Assembly (NCBI GenBank): GCA_963736355.1
Contig: CAVTOO010000002.1
Location: forward strand, 257,146 to 321,145
Direction: 5' to 3'
DNA from: an uncultured Alphaproteobacteria bacterium
GTDB lineage: Bacteria; Pseudomonadota; Alphaproteobacteria; Rhizobiales; Xanthobacteraceae
Length of the DNA stretch: 64,000 bases
Translations under genes and position numbers: made by a program
Notes under the pieces: generated by a model
The model's input: only the letters and a program-made list of their open reading frames with translations
Told to the model about the DNA's origin: nothing
The model's database searches: none
Part shown: positions 38,566-48,025 of the stretch, piece after piece
How positions within the stretch are numbered: the stretch's first letter is position 1
Layout of the letters: each line of letters starts with the position of its first letter

Positions 38566-39920
38566 TGAGTCGATGCCCGAGACGCCCACGGGCGCGGCGG
38601 TGGAGAGAGCGCACATCGTGGCGCGACACGCTCGCGGTCTATCTGCAGAAGCGCGTCCTCATCGTTCTGTTTCTCGGCTTCTCGTCGGGGCTGCCGCTGG
38701 CGCTGTCCGGCACGACGCTGCTGGTGTGGATGCGCGAGGCCGGCGTCGATCTCACGACCATCGGCCTCTTCGCGCTGGTCGGCACGCCCTATACGCTGAA
38801 ATTTCTCTGGGCGCCGGTTGTCGATGCGCTCGACGTGCCGTGGCTCAGCGCAAGGCTCGGACGCCGGCGCGGCTGGCTGGTGTTCGCTCAACTTCTGCTG
38901 ATCGGCGCGATTCTGGTGCTGGCGACGGCCGATCCGGCGCGTTCGCCGCTCTATGTCGCGTTCGGCGCGCTGCTGGTGGCGGCGGCCTCCGCCACGCAGG
39001 ACATCGTGATCGACGCATTCCGTATCGAGAGCCTGCCGGAGAACGAGCAAGCCGCGGGCATGGCGTCCTATGTCGCGGCCTATCGCATCGGCATGCTGAT
39101 CTCGACCGCGGGCGCGCTGTTTCTCGTGACGTTCTTTGAAGATCTCGGCACGGGTAAATCGGCGGCGTGGATGTGGGGCTACGTCGCCATGGCGGCGATG
39201 GTCGGCATCGGCCTTGTCACTTCGATTGTCGCAACGGAGCCGGAAGCGGCGCCACGCGACACAACCGAGACGAGCCCGTTGAAGCGCGTGATCGCCACCG
39301 CTGTCGTCGCCTTCTCCGAATTCCTGACACGGCCCGACGCGCTGGCCGCTCTCGCTTTCATTGTGCTGTTCAAGTTCTGCGATGCGTTCGCAGGCACCAT
39401 GACGGCACCGTTCGTCATCGACATGGGTTTCTCGCGCAACGATTACGCAACCATCGTCAAGGGCGTGGGACTGGCCGCGACATTGATCGGCGGTTTTGCC
39501 GGCGGATTGCTGGCCAAGCGCGTGTCGATGACGGCGGCGCTGTGGACCGGCGGCGTGCTGCAGGCGGTTTCGAACCTCGCCTTTGCCTGGCTCGCGACAT
39601 TGGGCACAAATTATCCGGCGCTTGTCGCGGCCATCATTGCCGAGAATTTCACCAGCGCTATCGGCACGGTGATTTTCGTGGCGTATCTGTCGGCGCTGTG
39701 CAAAAGCCCGCTGCACACGGCAACGCAATTTGCGCTGCTCACCGCACTCTCGGCCGTCGGGCGCACCTACATGGCGGCGGGTTCGGGCTACATCGCGCAG
39801 ACGGCCGGCTGGCCGCTATTCTTCGCGCTCAGCGTCGTGACCGCGGTACCCGCTTTTGCGCTGCTGCTGTGGTTGCAGCGGCGCGGGCATTTCAGCGCAT
39901 TGGACAAGCGACCAAGCTAG
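38565..39920 (+). CDS. ampG: AmpG family muropeptide MFS transporter (start uncertain)
   Basis: It reads SWRDTLAVYLQKRVLIVLFLGFSSGLPLALSG...KFLWAPVVD. The start is either GTG 38565, or ATG 38573 (MPETPTGAAVERAH) followed by a +1 shift near 38612. Confidence 0.75.
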   Translation: MSRCPRRPRARRWRERTSWRDTLAVYLQKRVLIVLFLGFSSGLPLALSGTTLLVWMREAGVDLTTIGLFALVGTPYTLKFLWAPVVDALDVPWLSARLGRRRGWLVFAQLLLIGAILVLATADPARSPLYVAFGALLVAAASATQDIVIDAFRIESLPENEQAAGMASYVAAYRIGMLISTAGALFLVTFFEDLGTGKSAAWMWGYVAMAAMVGIGLVTSIVATEPEAAPRDTTETSPLKRVIATAVVAFSEFLTRPDALAALAFIVLFKFCDAFAGTMTAPFVIDMGFSRNDYATIVKGVGLAATLIGGFAGGLLAKRVSMTAALWTGGVLQAVSNLAFAWLATLGTNYPALVAAIIAENFTSAIGTVIFVAYLSALCKSPLHTATQFALLTALSAVGRTYMAAGSGYIAQTAGWPLFFALSVVTAVPAFALLLWLQRRGHFSALDKRPS

Positions 39921-40459
39921 CTTTTCGCCGCCTTAGCCACCATCGCCTGCACCGGACCGAGCGTCTTGGCGACCATGCGGCGATAACCCGCCGCGTTGAA
40001 ATGACCGTCATCGACCGTCAGCGCCTTATTCTGATGATCCGCGGGATTGTAGAGCGGCGGCGCGATGACGAACACATCGATGCCCCGCGCCTTCAGGCGG
40101 CTGACGATGGTCGCGCGGTTGGCGCGAATCTCCCCATCGCTGGCGCCTCGACGCCTGTCATTGATGCCGACCCAGACGACTGCGACCTTGGTGCCCTGCG
40201 GCGCGGCCGAATCGAGTCGCGACAGCACGCCTGTCGTGGTGTCGCCATTGATTCCGCTGTTGACGATGCGGACATTCAATCCCTTCGCCTTGAGGGCTGC
40301 TTCAAGCTGCGTCGGATAGTTCTCCGACGACGAGACGCCCTTTCCATACACATTGCTGTCACCGATCACGGCAACCTGCACTTGAGCCAGGGCGGCATCC
40401 GCCATGGTCACAAGTCCAAGCAGAATCGAAGCGCCCGCCAGTTTCGTCCAGATCGTCAT
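39917..40459 (-). CDS. SGNH/GDSL hydrolase (arylesterase-like), secreted
   Basis: The start MTIWTKLAG at 40459 follows GAGGAAA. It has a signal peptide, GDS in VAVIGDSNVYG, GINGDTT, and DGHFN. Confidence 0.8.
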   Translation of the reverse strand: MTIWTKLAGASILLGLVTMADAALAQVQVAVIGDSNVYGKGVSSSENYPTQLEAALKAKGLNVRIVNSGINGDTTTGVLSRLDSAAPQGTKVAVVWVGINDRRRGASDGEIRANRATIVSRLKARGIDVFVIAPPLYNPADHQNKALTVDDGHFNAAGYRRMVAKTLGPVQAMVAKAAKS

Positions 40460-40472
40460 TGCCTTGTTTCCT

Positions 40473-41075
40473 CTAAAACAGCGTCCGCTGCCGCATCGCC
40501 GCCGACAGCGTGCCTTCGTCGAGATAATCGAGTTCGCCGCCGACCGGCACGCCATGCGCCAGCCGCGTCACCTTGACGTTCGCATCGTGCAGCAGATCGG
40601 TGATGTAGTGCGCCGTGGTCTGGCCATCGACGGTGGCGTTGAGCGCGATGATGATTTCCGTGACCACCGGGTCGTGCGCGCGCTTGATCAGCGTATCGAT
40701 ATTGAGATCCTGCGGACCGACGCCGTCGAGCGGCGACAGCGTGCCGCCGAGCACGTGATAGCGGCCATGCGTCGCACTGGCGCGTTCCAGCGCCCACAGA
40801 TCGGCGACATCGGCGACGACGACGATAATCGCAGGGTCACGCCGCGCATCGGTGCAGACCGTGCACGGATTGAGCGTATCGATATTGCCGCAGGTCTTGC
40901 AGATCTGAACGGTGTCCATCGCCGTCTGCAGTGCGCCCGACAGCGGCACCATCAGCGCGTCGCGCTTCTTGATCAGATGCAGCGCGGCGCGCCGCGCCGA
41001 CCGCGGGCCAAGCCCCGGCAGGCGCGCCAGCAGCTGGATCAGACGTTCGATTTCGGGACCGGCGACTGCGGGCAT
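40473..41075 (-). CDS. recR: recombination protein RecR
   Basis: It has [16 protein letters not shown], a C4 zinc finger (CKTCGNID...CTVC) and a Toprim domain. The protein is 200 aa. Confidence 0.92.
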   Translation of the reverse strand: MPAVAGPEIERLIQLLARLPGLGPRSARRAALHLIKKRDALMVPLSGALQTAMDTVQICKTCGNIDTLNPCTVCTDARRDPAIIVVVADVADLWALERASATHGRYHVLGGTLSPLDGVGPQDLNIDTLIKRAHDPVVTEIIIALNATVDGQTTAHYITDLLHDANVKVTRLAHGVPVGGELDYLDEGTLSAAMRQRTLF

Positions 41076-41093
41076 GAGCTAGTTATCTTTTTT

Positions 41094-41142
41094 GAGCATG
41101 ATCTTGTCCAAAAACCGGTTCCCACTTTCTGGGATCATGCTC
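41094..41142. repeat. ~48-bp palindromic intergenic repeat, copy A
   Basis: The sequence is GAGCATGATCTTGTCCAAAAACCGGTTCCCACTTTCTGGGATCATGCTC. Related copies lie at 49643-49690 and 58768-58815. Confidence 0.7.
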
Positions 41143-41144
41143 GA

Positions 41145-41459
41145 TCAGAACTTCAAACCGGGGATGGACAGACCGCCGGTGAGATCCTTCATCTTCTCCT
41201 GCATGGCGGCTTCCGCCTTGCGCCGCGCATCGGCATGCGCGGTCACCAGAAGATCCTCGAGGATGGTCTTCTCCGAAGGCTGCAGCAGCGAATCGTCGAT
41301 GGTGACGCCCTTCAGATCCGATTTCGCGGTCATGCGCACAACGACAAGACCGCCGCCGGCCTTTCCCTCGACTTCGATGGTGTCGAGCTGGGCCTGCATC
41401 TCCTGCATCTTCGACTGCAGCTGCGCCGCCTGCTTCATCATTCCAAGAAAATCGGCCAT
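41145..41459 (-). CDS. ybaB: YbaB/EbfC family nucleoid-associated protein
   Basis: 104 aa (MADFLGMMKQAAQLQSKMQEMQAQL...). It sits between dnaX and recR. Confidence 0.9.
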   Translation of the reverse strand: MADFLGMMKQAAQLQSKMQEMQAQLDTIEVEGKAGGGLVVVRMTAKSDLKGVTIDDSLLQPSEKTILEDLLVTAHADARRKAEAAMQEKMKDLTGGLSIPGLKF

Positions 41460-41483
41460 CGCCTCACCACGTTTGCAAGCGCG

Positions 41484-43289
41484 TTACGGAAGATCGTCGT
41501 CGTTGTCCGATTCGATCGGCAATTCCTCGGGCATCTCGGCCGGCGCGATGCGGCGGACTTCGACGCTCGTGCCCGGAAAAAGCTTCAGCACCGCCTGAAC
41601 GCGCGGGTCGGCGGAGACGCCGCGGGTCAGCTCTTCCTTCTGTGCCGTGTTCTGGTCGCGCAACGTCGCCTGCCCGGCTTCATTGGAAACGACCACAGCC
41701 CAGCGACGGCCGGTCCACAGTTCGAGCTTGCGCCCGAGATCCTGCGGAATGCTGCGTGCGGCATGCGGCTCCAGCGCGATCTCAAGCCGGCCGTCCTCGA
41801 TGCGAACGAGGCGGATATCGCTTTCAAGCGCCATCTTCATCTGGATGTCGCGCTTCTCCATCGCCAGTGCGACGATCTGCGGCAGCGATGACAGACGCAA
41901 CTGCGGTTGCCCCGGCGCAACCGCCTGAGCCTGCGCGGGCGCTGTCGCGGCCATGCGCGGCGACAGATCGCCGCCGGAGGATTGCGGCGCGAAGCTGCGG
42001 GGCGCAGACGACAATTGGGATGACGACGACGGCGATGCAGACGGCGCGGCCCGCGGCGCGGGCGATGCGGAGACTGTGCCACCGCCGTCCAATGTGCGGA
42101 TGACTTCGTCGGGCGTCGGCAGGTCGGCGGCATAGGCGATGCGCACCAGCACCATTTCGGCGGCTGCGGCCGGACGCGTCGCGCTCTGCACTTCGGTGAT
42201 GCCCTTGAGCAGCATCTGCCACATGCGCGAGAGGACGCGCATCGACAGCTTGGCCGCAAATTCGCGGCCGCGGCTGCGCTCGGTCTCGCTGAGTGCAATG
42301 TTGTCGGCGGTGGACGGCACGGCCTTGACGCGCGTGACGAAATTCACGAACTCGGCGAGATCGCTGAGCACCACCACCGGATCGGCGCCGGTGTCGTATT
42401 GCTCGCGAAACTCGGTGAAGGCGGCAGCGATATCGCCACGCGCCAGATTCTCGAACAGATCGATGATGCGGGTGCGGTCGGCGAGGCCGAGCATGCCGCG
42501 CACTTCATCGGCGCGGATGTGACCGCCGGCATGAGCGATCGCCTGATCGAGCAAGGAGAGCGAGTCGCGCACCGAGCCTTCAGCGGCGCGGGCGATCAGG
42601 CCCAGCGCGTCGGGCTCCGCCTCGACCTTTTCCTGCGCGACAATGGAGGTGAGATGCGCGGCCAGAACGTCGGTCTCCACGCGCCGCAGATCGAAGCGCT
42701 GGCAGCGCGAGAGCACCGTGACCGGGACTTTGCGGATTTCCGTCGTGGCGAAGATGAACTTCGCGTGCGGCGGCGGCTCTTCAAGCGTCTTGAGGAAGGC
42801 GTTGAACGCCTTCTCCGACAGCATGTGGACTTCGTCGATGATGTAGACCTTGTAGCGCGCCGAGGACGGCGCATAGCGCACGCCGTCGGTGATCTGGCGG
42901 ACATCCTCGACGCCGGTATGGGAGGCCGCGTCCATTTCCAGCACGTCGATGTGCCGGCTTTCCATGATGGCCTGGCAGTGCACGCCCATCGCCGGCATGG
43001 AAATGGTCGGCCCCTTGATCGAGCCGTCGGGCAGTTCGTAATTCAGGGCACGGGCGAGAATGCGCGCCGTTGTCGTCTTGCCGACGCCGCGCACGCCGGT
43101 GAGAATCCAGGCCTGCGGCACGCGCCCGCTTTCGAAGGCGTTGGAGACGGTGCGCACCATCGCCTGCTGGCCGATGAGATCGTCGAAGGTCGCGGGGCGG
43201 TATTTGCGCGCCAGCACACGATAGCCGGCGCCTGCGCCACCGGAGCCGGGCGCGTCGGCGACAGTTCCCGATTTGACCGCCTCAGTCAT
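41484..43289 (-). CDS. dnaX: DNA polymerase III subunit gamma/tau
   Basis: 601 aa. It has YRVLARKYRP, GVRGVGKTTTARILA and the DEVHML box, followed by a Pro/Ala-rich linker and a tau C-terminus. Confidence 0.92.
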   Translation of the reverse strand: MTEAVKSGTVADAPGSGGAGAGYRVLARKYRPATFDDLIGQQAMVRTVSNAFESGRVPQAWILTGVRGVGKTTTARILARALNYELPDGSIKGPTISMPAMGVHCQAIMESRHIDVLEMDAASHTGVEDVRQITDGVRYAPSSARYKVYIIDEVHMLSEKAFNAFLKTLEEPPPHAKFIFATTEIRKVPVTVLSRCQRFDLRRVETDVLAAHLTSIVAQEKVEAEPDALGLIARAAEGSVRDSLSLLDQAIAHAGGHIRADEVRGMLGLADRTRIIDLFENLARGDIAAAFTEFREQYDTGADPVVVLSDLAEFVNFVTRVKAVPSTADNIALSETERSRGREFAAKLSMRVLSRMWQMLLKGITEVQSATRPAAAAEMVLVRIAYAADLPTPDEVIRTLDGGGTVSASPAPRAAPSASPSSSSQLSSAPRSFAPQSSGGDLSPRMAATAPAQAQAVAPGQPQLRLSSLPQIVALAMEKRDIQMKMALESDIRLVRIEDGRLEIALEPHAARSIPQDLGRKLELWTGRRWAVVVSNEAGQATLRDQNTAQKEELTRGVSADPRVQAVLKLFPGTSVEVRRIAPAEMPEELPIESDNDDDLP

Positions 43290-43364
43290 GCACCGAATCC
43301 GTTAAGACGATTCCACCGCAAGGATCGACTAAAAGCGACCCGGTTGCGGCTTGCGGAATGAAGT

Positions 43365-43460
43365 GGGAGGCTGACGAGCGACCCAAACCGGAGCTCGTTA
43401 GGGCTGCTTCCTTCCGGACCTGACCCGGTTGGCGAGTGGTCTGTCCACCGCCAACCTCCC
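43365..43460 (-). ncRNA. ffs: signal recognition particle RNA (4.5S, small bacterial type)
   Basis: The reverse complement reads GGGAGGTTGGCGGTGGACAGACCACTCGCCAACCGGGTCAGGTCCGGAAGGAAGCAGCCCTAACGAGCTCCGGTTTGGGTCGCTCGTCAGCCTCCC. This includes the conserved domain IV GGTCAGGTCCGGAAGGAAGCAGCC and a closing helix. Confidence 0.85.
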
Positions 43461-43551
43461 GCCTCTATTTGGAGCCAACCGGCGCGGAAAGCAAGCGCGG
43501 CCCGGCGGGTTCTGGTAATCTCGCTGGACTGACAAGGATCGGAAATACCTG

Positions 43552-43983
43552 ATGATTTTGCCCTCCCCGCCGCGGGTCTGGTCGCTTCATGAACGACTGG
43601 AACAAGACACCGTCAATATCGGCGATTTGCCGCTCTGCCGCGTTCTCATCATCAAGGACGGCAATTTTCCGTGGCTCCTGCTGGTTCCACGCCGGCTGGA
43701 TGTCGACGAAATTCTGGACCTCGATGAAGTGGAGCAGGCCCAGCTCATGACCGAGATCACCCGCGCCGCCCGTGCGCTCAAGGACGTCACCGGCTGCGAC
43801 AAGCTCAATATCGCCGCGCTCGGCAATATCGTGCCGCAACTGCATGTGCATCTCGTTGCGCGCCGCAAGACCGATCCCGCCTGGCCGAAGCCGGTCTGGG
43901 GCCATGCGCCGGCCACGCCATCCGATCCCGATGAACTTGAACGATTCACCGCCGCGATCCGGCGCAAGATCTGGCTGAGCTGA
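43552..43983 (+). CDS. HIT family protein
   Basis: It has FPWLLLVPRR and the histidine triad region (NIVPQLHVHLVAR). Confidence 0.8.
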   Translation: MILPSPPRVWSLHERLEQDTVNIGDLPLCRVLIIKDGNFPWLLLVPRRLDVDEILDLDEVEQAQLMTEITRAARALKDVTGCDKLNIAALGNIVPQLHVHLVARRKTDPAWPKPVWGHAPATPSDPDELERFTAAIRRKIWLS

Positions 43984-43984
43984 C

Positions 43985-44923
43985 ATGAACGCTTCGATGG
44001 TTTTTCCACTGCGGCAATTCGCGTTCGCGCGCGGGCAGATCGACCGCGCCGCGCACTTGCGCGATCACGACGACAAACTCGCCGCATTGCGCGCGCGCAG
44101 CGATGCCGGCTGCTACGTGATGCAGCGCGAGGGCATGGTCCTGCGACAGACCGACAGCGGGCTCAACCCGCTGCTGCCTTATGCGCTGGCGCAAACGCTG
44201 CCGGTCGATTCGCTTGAGATTTTTCTCGGCCTGCGCGGCCAGACGCCGCTCTTTGCCCTCTCCTTGCGCAAGGGCGCGGAGGAAAATTTCGCCCATGCCG
44301 GCCTCGAATTGTCCGACCTGCGTCCGCTGGCGACACAGGGGCTCCTGTCGCATGACGATCTCTCTCCGCTCGCGGAAGCGAAATCGCTGATCGGCTGGCA
44401 TCGCCGCCATGGCTTCTGCGCCAATTGCGGCACCCCCAGCACACCGACCTCGGCCGGCTGGCGGCGCGACTGCGCCAAGTGCGACATCCAGCATTTTCCG
44501 CGCACCGATCCGGTCGCCATCATGCTGGTGACGGACGGCGACAAATGCCTGATGGGGCGTTCGGCGCGTTTCGCCTCGAGCATGTGGTCGTGCCTCGCCG
44601 GCTTCGTGGAACCCGGCGAATCGATCGAGGACGCGGTGCGCCGCGAAGTGCTCGAGGAAGCCGGCATTGTGTGCGGCGAGGTGAGTTATTTTGCCTCGCA
44701 GCCCTGGCCCTATCCGTCGTCGCTGATGATCGGCTGCGTCGCGAAGGCGCTGAGCCGCGAGATCACCATCGATCCGTTGGAACTCGAAGCCGCGCGCTGG
44801 TTCACCCGCGCCGAAGCGCAGGCGATGCTCGAAAATCGCCACGCCGAGGGCTTAACCGCGCCCAATCCATTCGCTATCGCCCATCACATCCTCACCGACT
44901 GGGTTCGTAATGGCGACGGCTGA
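43985..44923 (+). CDS. nudC: NAD(+) diphosphatase (NADH pyrophosphatase), Nudix
   Basis: It has a zinc ribbon (CANCGTPSTPTSAGWRRDCAKC), a Nudix box (GFVEPGESIEDAVRREVLEEAG) and SQPWPYPSSLMIG. Confidence 0.85.
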   Translation: MNASMVFPLRQFAFARGQIDRAAHLRDHDDKLAALRARSDAGCYVMQREGMVLRQTDSGLNPLLPYALAQTLPVDSLEIFLGLRGQTPLFALSLRKGAEENFAHAGLELSDLRPLATQGLLSHDDLSPLAEAKSLIGWHRRHGFCANCGTPSTPTSAGWRRDCAKCDIQHFPRTDPVAIMLVTDGDKCLMGRSARFASSMWSCLAGFVEPGESIEDAVRREVLEEAGIVCGEVSYFASQPWPYPSSLMIGCVAKALSREITIDPLELEAARWFTRAEAQAMLENRHAEGLTAPNPFAIAHHILTDWVRNGDG

Positions 44924-45827
44924 TCCTGCTTCTCACGTTCTGTGCATCGGCATTCCGGTGCGCGATCTGACGTTTCGCGTGCCGGCTGTTCCGCCGCGCG
45001 GCGACAAGGCTCATGCCACGCATTACGCGGAAATCAGCGGCGGCAACGCGCTGAACGCGGCGGTCGGCATTGCGCGGCTCGGCGGCAAGGCGGCGATTGC
45101 CGGACCGATGGGCCCGGAAGGCAGCACCATGCTCGATGATCTCGCACGCGAGGGCATCACAACCGACGGCATCACGCGCCATCAGGATGTCGTCACGCCG
45201 ATCTCCGCCATCATGATCGACGAAGGCGGCGAGCGCACCATCGTGACCTATCGCGACCCGAAGCTGATGCACACGCGCCTCGGCGACACCGACAAGCTCC
45301 TGACGAACTCCGGCGCGATCCTGACCGAAAGCCGCTGCGCGCCGTTCGCCACCGAGATCTGCGCTGAAGCCAAGCGGCGCGGCATTCCCGTTGTCATCGA
45401 TGGCGACCAGATCATGTCACTGCGGGAGGGCCTGCTGACCGCGTCCTCACACATCATATTCTCGCTCGAGCCGCTGAAGGCGACGGCGGCGATGGACGAT
45501 CCGGTGCGGGCGTTGCGACGGCTGGCGGACGTGACGGATGCGTTTCTCGCCGTGACGCTCGGCCCGCAGGGCATGATCTGGCTCGACGACAAGGGCGAGC
45601 CGCAGCGCATGCCGTCCTTTCCGGTTCACACCGTCGATACGCTCGGCGCCGGCGATGTCTTCCACGGTGCGTTCACGATGGAGATTGCCGCGGGTGCGGA
45701 CATCGAAAGCGCCATGCGCTTTTCGGCCGCCGCCGCGGCGCTTAAATGCACCAGATTCGGCGGGGCTTTTGCCGCCCCCAGCCGGGCCGAGGTGGAGGCC
45801 TTTCTGGCGGGGGCCAGGACGGCGTGA
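44910..45827 (+). CDS. PfkB family carbohydrate/nucleoside kinase
   Basis: 305 aa. The C-terminal motif is VDTLGAGDVFHGAF. It has ribokinase-like architecture. Confidence 0.8.
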   Translation: MATADPASHVLCIGIPVRDLTFRVPAVPPRGDKAHATHYAEISGGNALNAAVGIARLGGKAAIAGPMGPEGSTMLDDLAREGITTDGITRHQDVVTPISAIMIDEGGERTIVTYRDPKLMHTRLGDTDKLLTNSGAILTESRCAPFATEICAEAKRRGIPVVIDGDQIMSLREGLLTASSHIIFSLEPLKATAAMDDPVRALRRLADVTDAFLAVTLGPQGMIWLDDKGEPQRMPSFPVHTVDTLGAGDVFHGAFTMEIAAGADIESAMRFSAAAAALKCTRFGGAFAAPSRAEVEAFLAGARTA

Positions 45828-45870
45828 GCCGAAAAACCGAGTGTTTTCATCAAGAAATTCCGGCTTGTGT

Positions 45871-45924
45871 AGAATAATTTTCTATGTATATGTTGGTTTC
45901 CCCGACATATTAGAAAAGTATTCT
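45871..45924. promoter_or_regulatory. AT-rich inverted repeat in the lrp upstream region
   Basis: The sequence is AGAATAATTTTCTA...(26 nt)...TAGAAAAGTATTCT. It ends 4 nt before the lrp ATG, in an otherwise GC-rich genome. Confidence 0.35.
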
Positions 45925-45928
45925 TCTC

Positions 45929-46429
45929 ATGACCGATGCCGCCGTAGCCGTGCAGGACGCGACCCGACGCCTCGACGCCGTGGACCGCAAAATTCTCGCC
46001 GTGATGCAGGAGGACGCTTCCCTGTCCGTCGCCGATATCGGCGAGCGTGTCGGGCTGTCGTCGACGCCGTGCTGGAAACGCATCCAGCGTCTTGAGCAGG
46101 ACGGCGTGATCACCCGCCGCGTCGCGCTGGTCGATCAGAACAAGGTCGGACTCGGCATCACCGTGTTCGTCTCGATCGAATCCGGCGACCATTCGGAAAA
46201 CTGGCTGAAGACCTTCGCGCAGGCGGCCAGCTCCATGCCCGAGGTGATGGAATTCTATCGCATGGCCGGCGATGTCGATTACATGCTGCGCGTCGTCGTC
46301 GCAGACATGCAGAGCTACGACGTGTTCTACAAGAAGCTGATTTCGACGGTGGCGCTGAAGAACGTCACGTCGCGGTTTGCGATGGAGAAGATCAAGTCGG
46401 TAACGGCGCTACCGATCCCGGCAAACTGA
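45929..46429 (+). CDS. lrp: Lrp/AsnC family transcriptional regulator
   Basis: LDAVDRKILAVMQEDASLSVADIGERVGLSSTPCWKRIQRLEQDGVI is followed by an AsnC_trans_reg domain. Confidence 0.88.
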   Translation: MTDAAVAVQDATRRLDAVDRKILAVMQEDASLSVADIGERVGLSSTPCWKRIQRLEQDGVITRRVALVDQNKVGLGITVFVSIESGDHSENWLKTFAQAASSMPEVMEFYRMAGDVDYMLRVVVADMQSYDVFYKKLISTVALKNVTSRFAMEKIKSVTALPIPAN

Positions 46430-46464
46430 TCAAAAAATGCGCAATCGAACAAGGCGCAGAATTT

Positions 46465-46746
46465 TTATGTATTTGAACCGCCAATAAAACGCACCCCGAG
46501 CTCCATGCCGTGGTGGCGCGCCAGCTGGCAGCGCCGAAACACGCTTCCGGACGGGGACAGCACCAGAATGAATTCGGCAAGGTCGAGGCCGGCGACATCG
46601 GCCTTGAGGATCAGCTTGGCGCCGGTCTGCGACACATTCTCGACCGCGCATTCGCGGCGCCATTGACCGTCGACGCCCATGATCACAGCGCTGAACGGCT
46701 GACCGAATGCGACCCGGCCGGTCTTGCGCTGGTTGGGGGCCACCAT
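46465..46746 (-). CDS. PilZ domain-containing protein
   Basis: 93 aa (QRKTGRVAFGQP...CAVENVSQTGAKLIL...). It lies immediately downstream of the DUF2336 gene. Confidence 0.75.
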   Translation of the reverse strand: MVAPNQRKTGRVAFGQPFSAVIMGVDGQWRRECAVENVSQTGAKLILKADVAGLDLAEFILVLSPSGSVFRRCQLARHHGMELGVRFIGGSNT

Positions 46747-46755
46747 GGCGGACGG

Positions 46756-47850
46756 CTACAGCGGGCGCGCGGACGCGCCGCGCACCTGCCAGAACCGCAA
46801 CAAGCGCTGCGCGCTGGCGACGGAGAGCTTCTTGAATTCCTGCTCTGCCTGCTTCAGCTCCGCTTCAGGAATTTCAATCGAGAACCGGCACTCAAGGATC
46901 GCCTTGGTCGCGGGCCACTGCATGTTCGCAGCACGGCACGGCACCAAGAGGCCCTCGTGGCGGCGGCTGCGCATCAGCGGCTTGATGATGTCGATCGGCG
47001 TTCCGCTCAACAAAGCCAGACCTGCGACCGTTTCCTCGTATTTGCGCCCATAGGCAAACCCGGCGACGGTCTTCTCGTTGAGCTCGTTCGTCTCCTTGAG
47101 CAGCGCGACGAACTTCTGCGCGGCCTCGTAGTTGCGGGGCTTGGACGCCTCGGCATCGATCTCGGCTGCGGCCTCGGTGAGGATGCGGCGAATCTCTTCG
47201 GCGATTTCCGGCGGCGCGATGGCCAGAAGCTTGTTGCGAACAGCTTCAGTCGCCCGCGCCAGAAGATCGCGCAAAAGCTTGATCGGAAAATCGAGCCGCA
47301 TGCCGGTCCGTTCGGCCAGAACTTCATCGGTTTCGGCCGCCTTGACCAGCGCCGCAAAACCATTGTCGGAGAAGCGCGCGCCGCTATTGCCGGCAACCTT
47401 GCGCCTGACGTCGGAATCGCCGCGCATCACCAGGACGTCGGTGACGCTGCTGTCGATTTCGGGACGGCCGGAGATCGCCAGAAGATGGCCCTGCCCCTTG
47501 GTACGGGCGATGTCGGCGAGATCGTTGTTGGTCAGGCGCCCGGACGTCGCCAGCACCGGCTCGGCGACGGCGATTTCGTCGTTATAGGCCAGGCTGCGGA
47601 TGACATCGATCGGCGCGTTGTCGACCGGCGCCAGGCGGCCCGAAAGCTCCACCAGCGCCTTCTTCTCGATACGCTTGATCAGGTGACCGAGGACGTCATC
47701 GAAAACGTCGATCTGCTCGTCGGTCAGTTTTTCGGATTCATGGAGAAAAAGATCGGTGACGCGGCGCAGCGTTTCGACGCGACGCTCGGGCGACCCGGAC
47801 TGGATGGCTTCTTCCAGTTCGGTCATCACAGATTGCTGGGAGACCTGCAT
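46756..47850 (-). CDS. DUF2336 domain-containing protein
   Basis: 364 aa, helical and repeat-like (RRVETLRRVTDLFL..., VIRSLAYNDEIAVAEPVL). As far as I recall, this is the DUF2336 family common in Rhizobiales. Confidence 0.65.
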   Translation of the reverse strand: MQVSQQSVMTELEEAIQSGSPERRVETLRRVTDLFLHESEKLTDEQIDVFDDVLGHLIKRIEKKALVELSGRLAPVDNAPIDVIRSLAYNDEIAVAEPVLATSGRLTNNDLADIARTKGQGHLLAISGRPEIDSSVTDVLVMRGDSDVRRKVAGNSGARFSDNGFAALVKAAETDEVLAERTGMRLDFPIKLLRDLLARATEAVRNKLLAIAPPEIAEEIRRILTEAAAEIDAEASKPRNYEAAQKFVALLKETNELNEKTVAGFAYGRKYEETVAGLALLSGTPIDIIKPLMRSRRHEGLLVPCRAANMQWPATKAILECRFSIEIPEAELKQAEQEFKKLSVASAQRLLRFWQVRGASARPL

Positions 47851-48025
47851 GCCGACGTTCTTTCGGACTTGCCGCAGCGAACCGTGGGCGCAATTCAGGC
47901 CCCTCTTCGAACGACTTTTTCTGGTTCAGATGGCCGTCCGCACGAGGCAGAACCGCCGCCTTTCACAGACGAAAGTAGCAAACAACGCCTTCCATAGAAT
48001 TAACGGGAGCTGCCCGACACGACAA

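Noticed and set aside
41484-43289. Possible programmed -1 frameshift in dnaX (gamma subunit), as in E. coli
   Set aside because: I saw no A AAA AAG-type slippery heptamer (no CTTTTTT on the plus strand) in the gene. A single full-length tau ORF is present.
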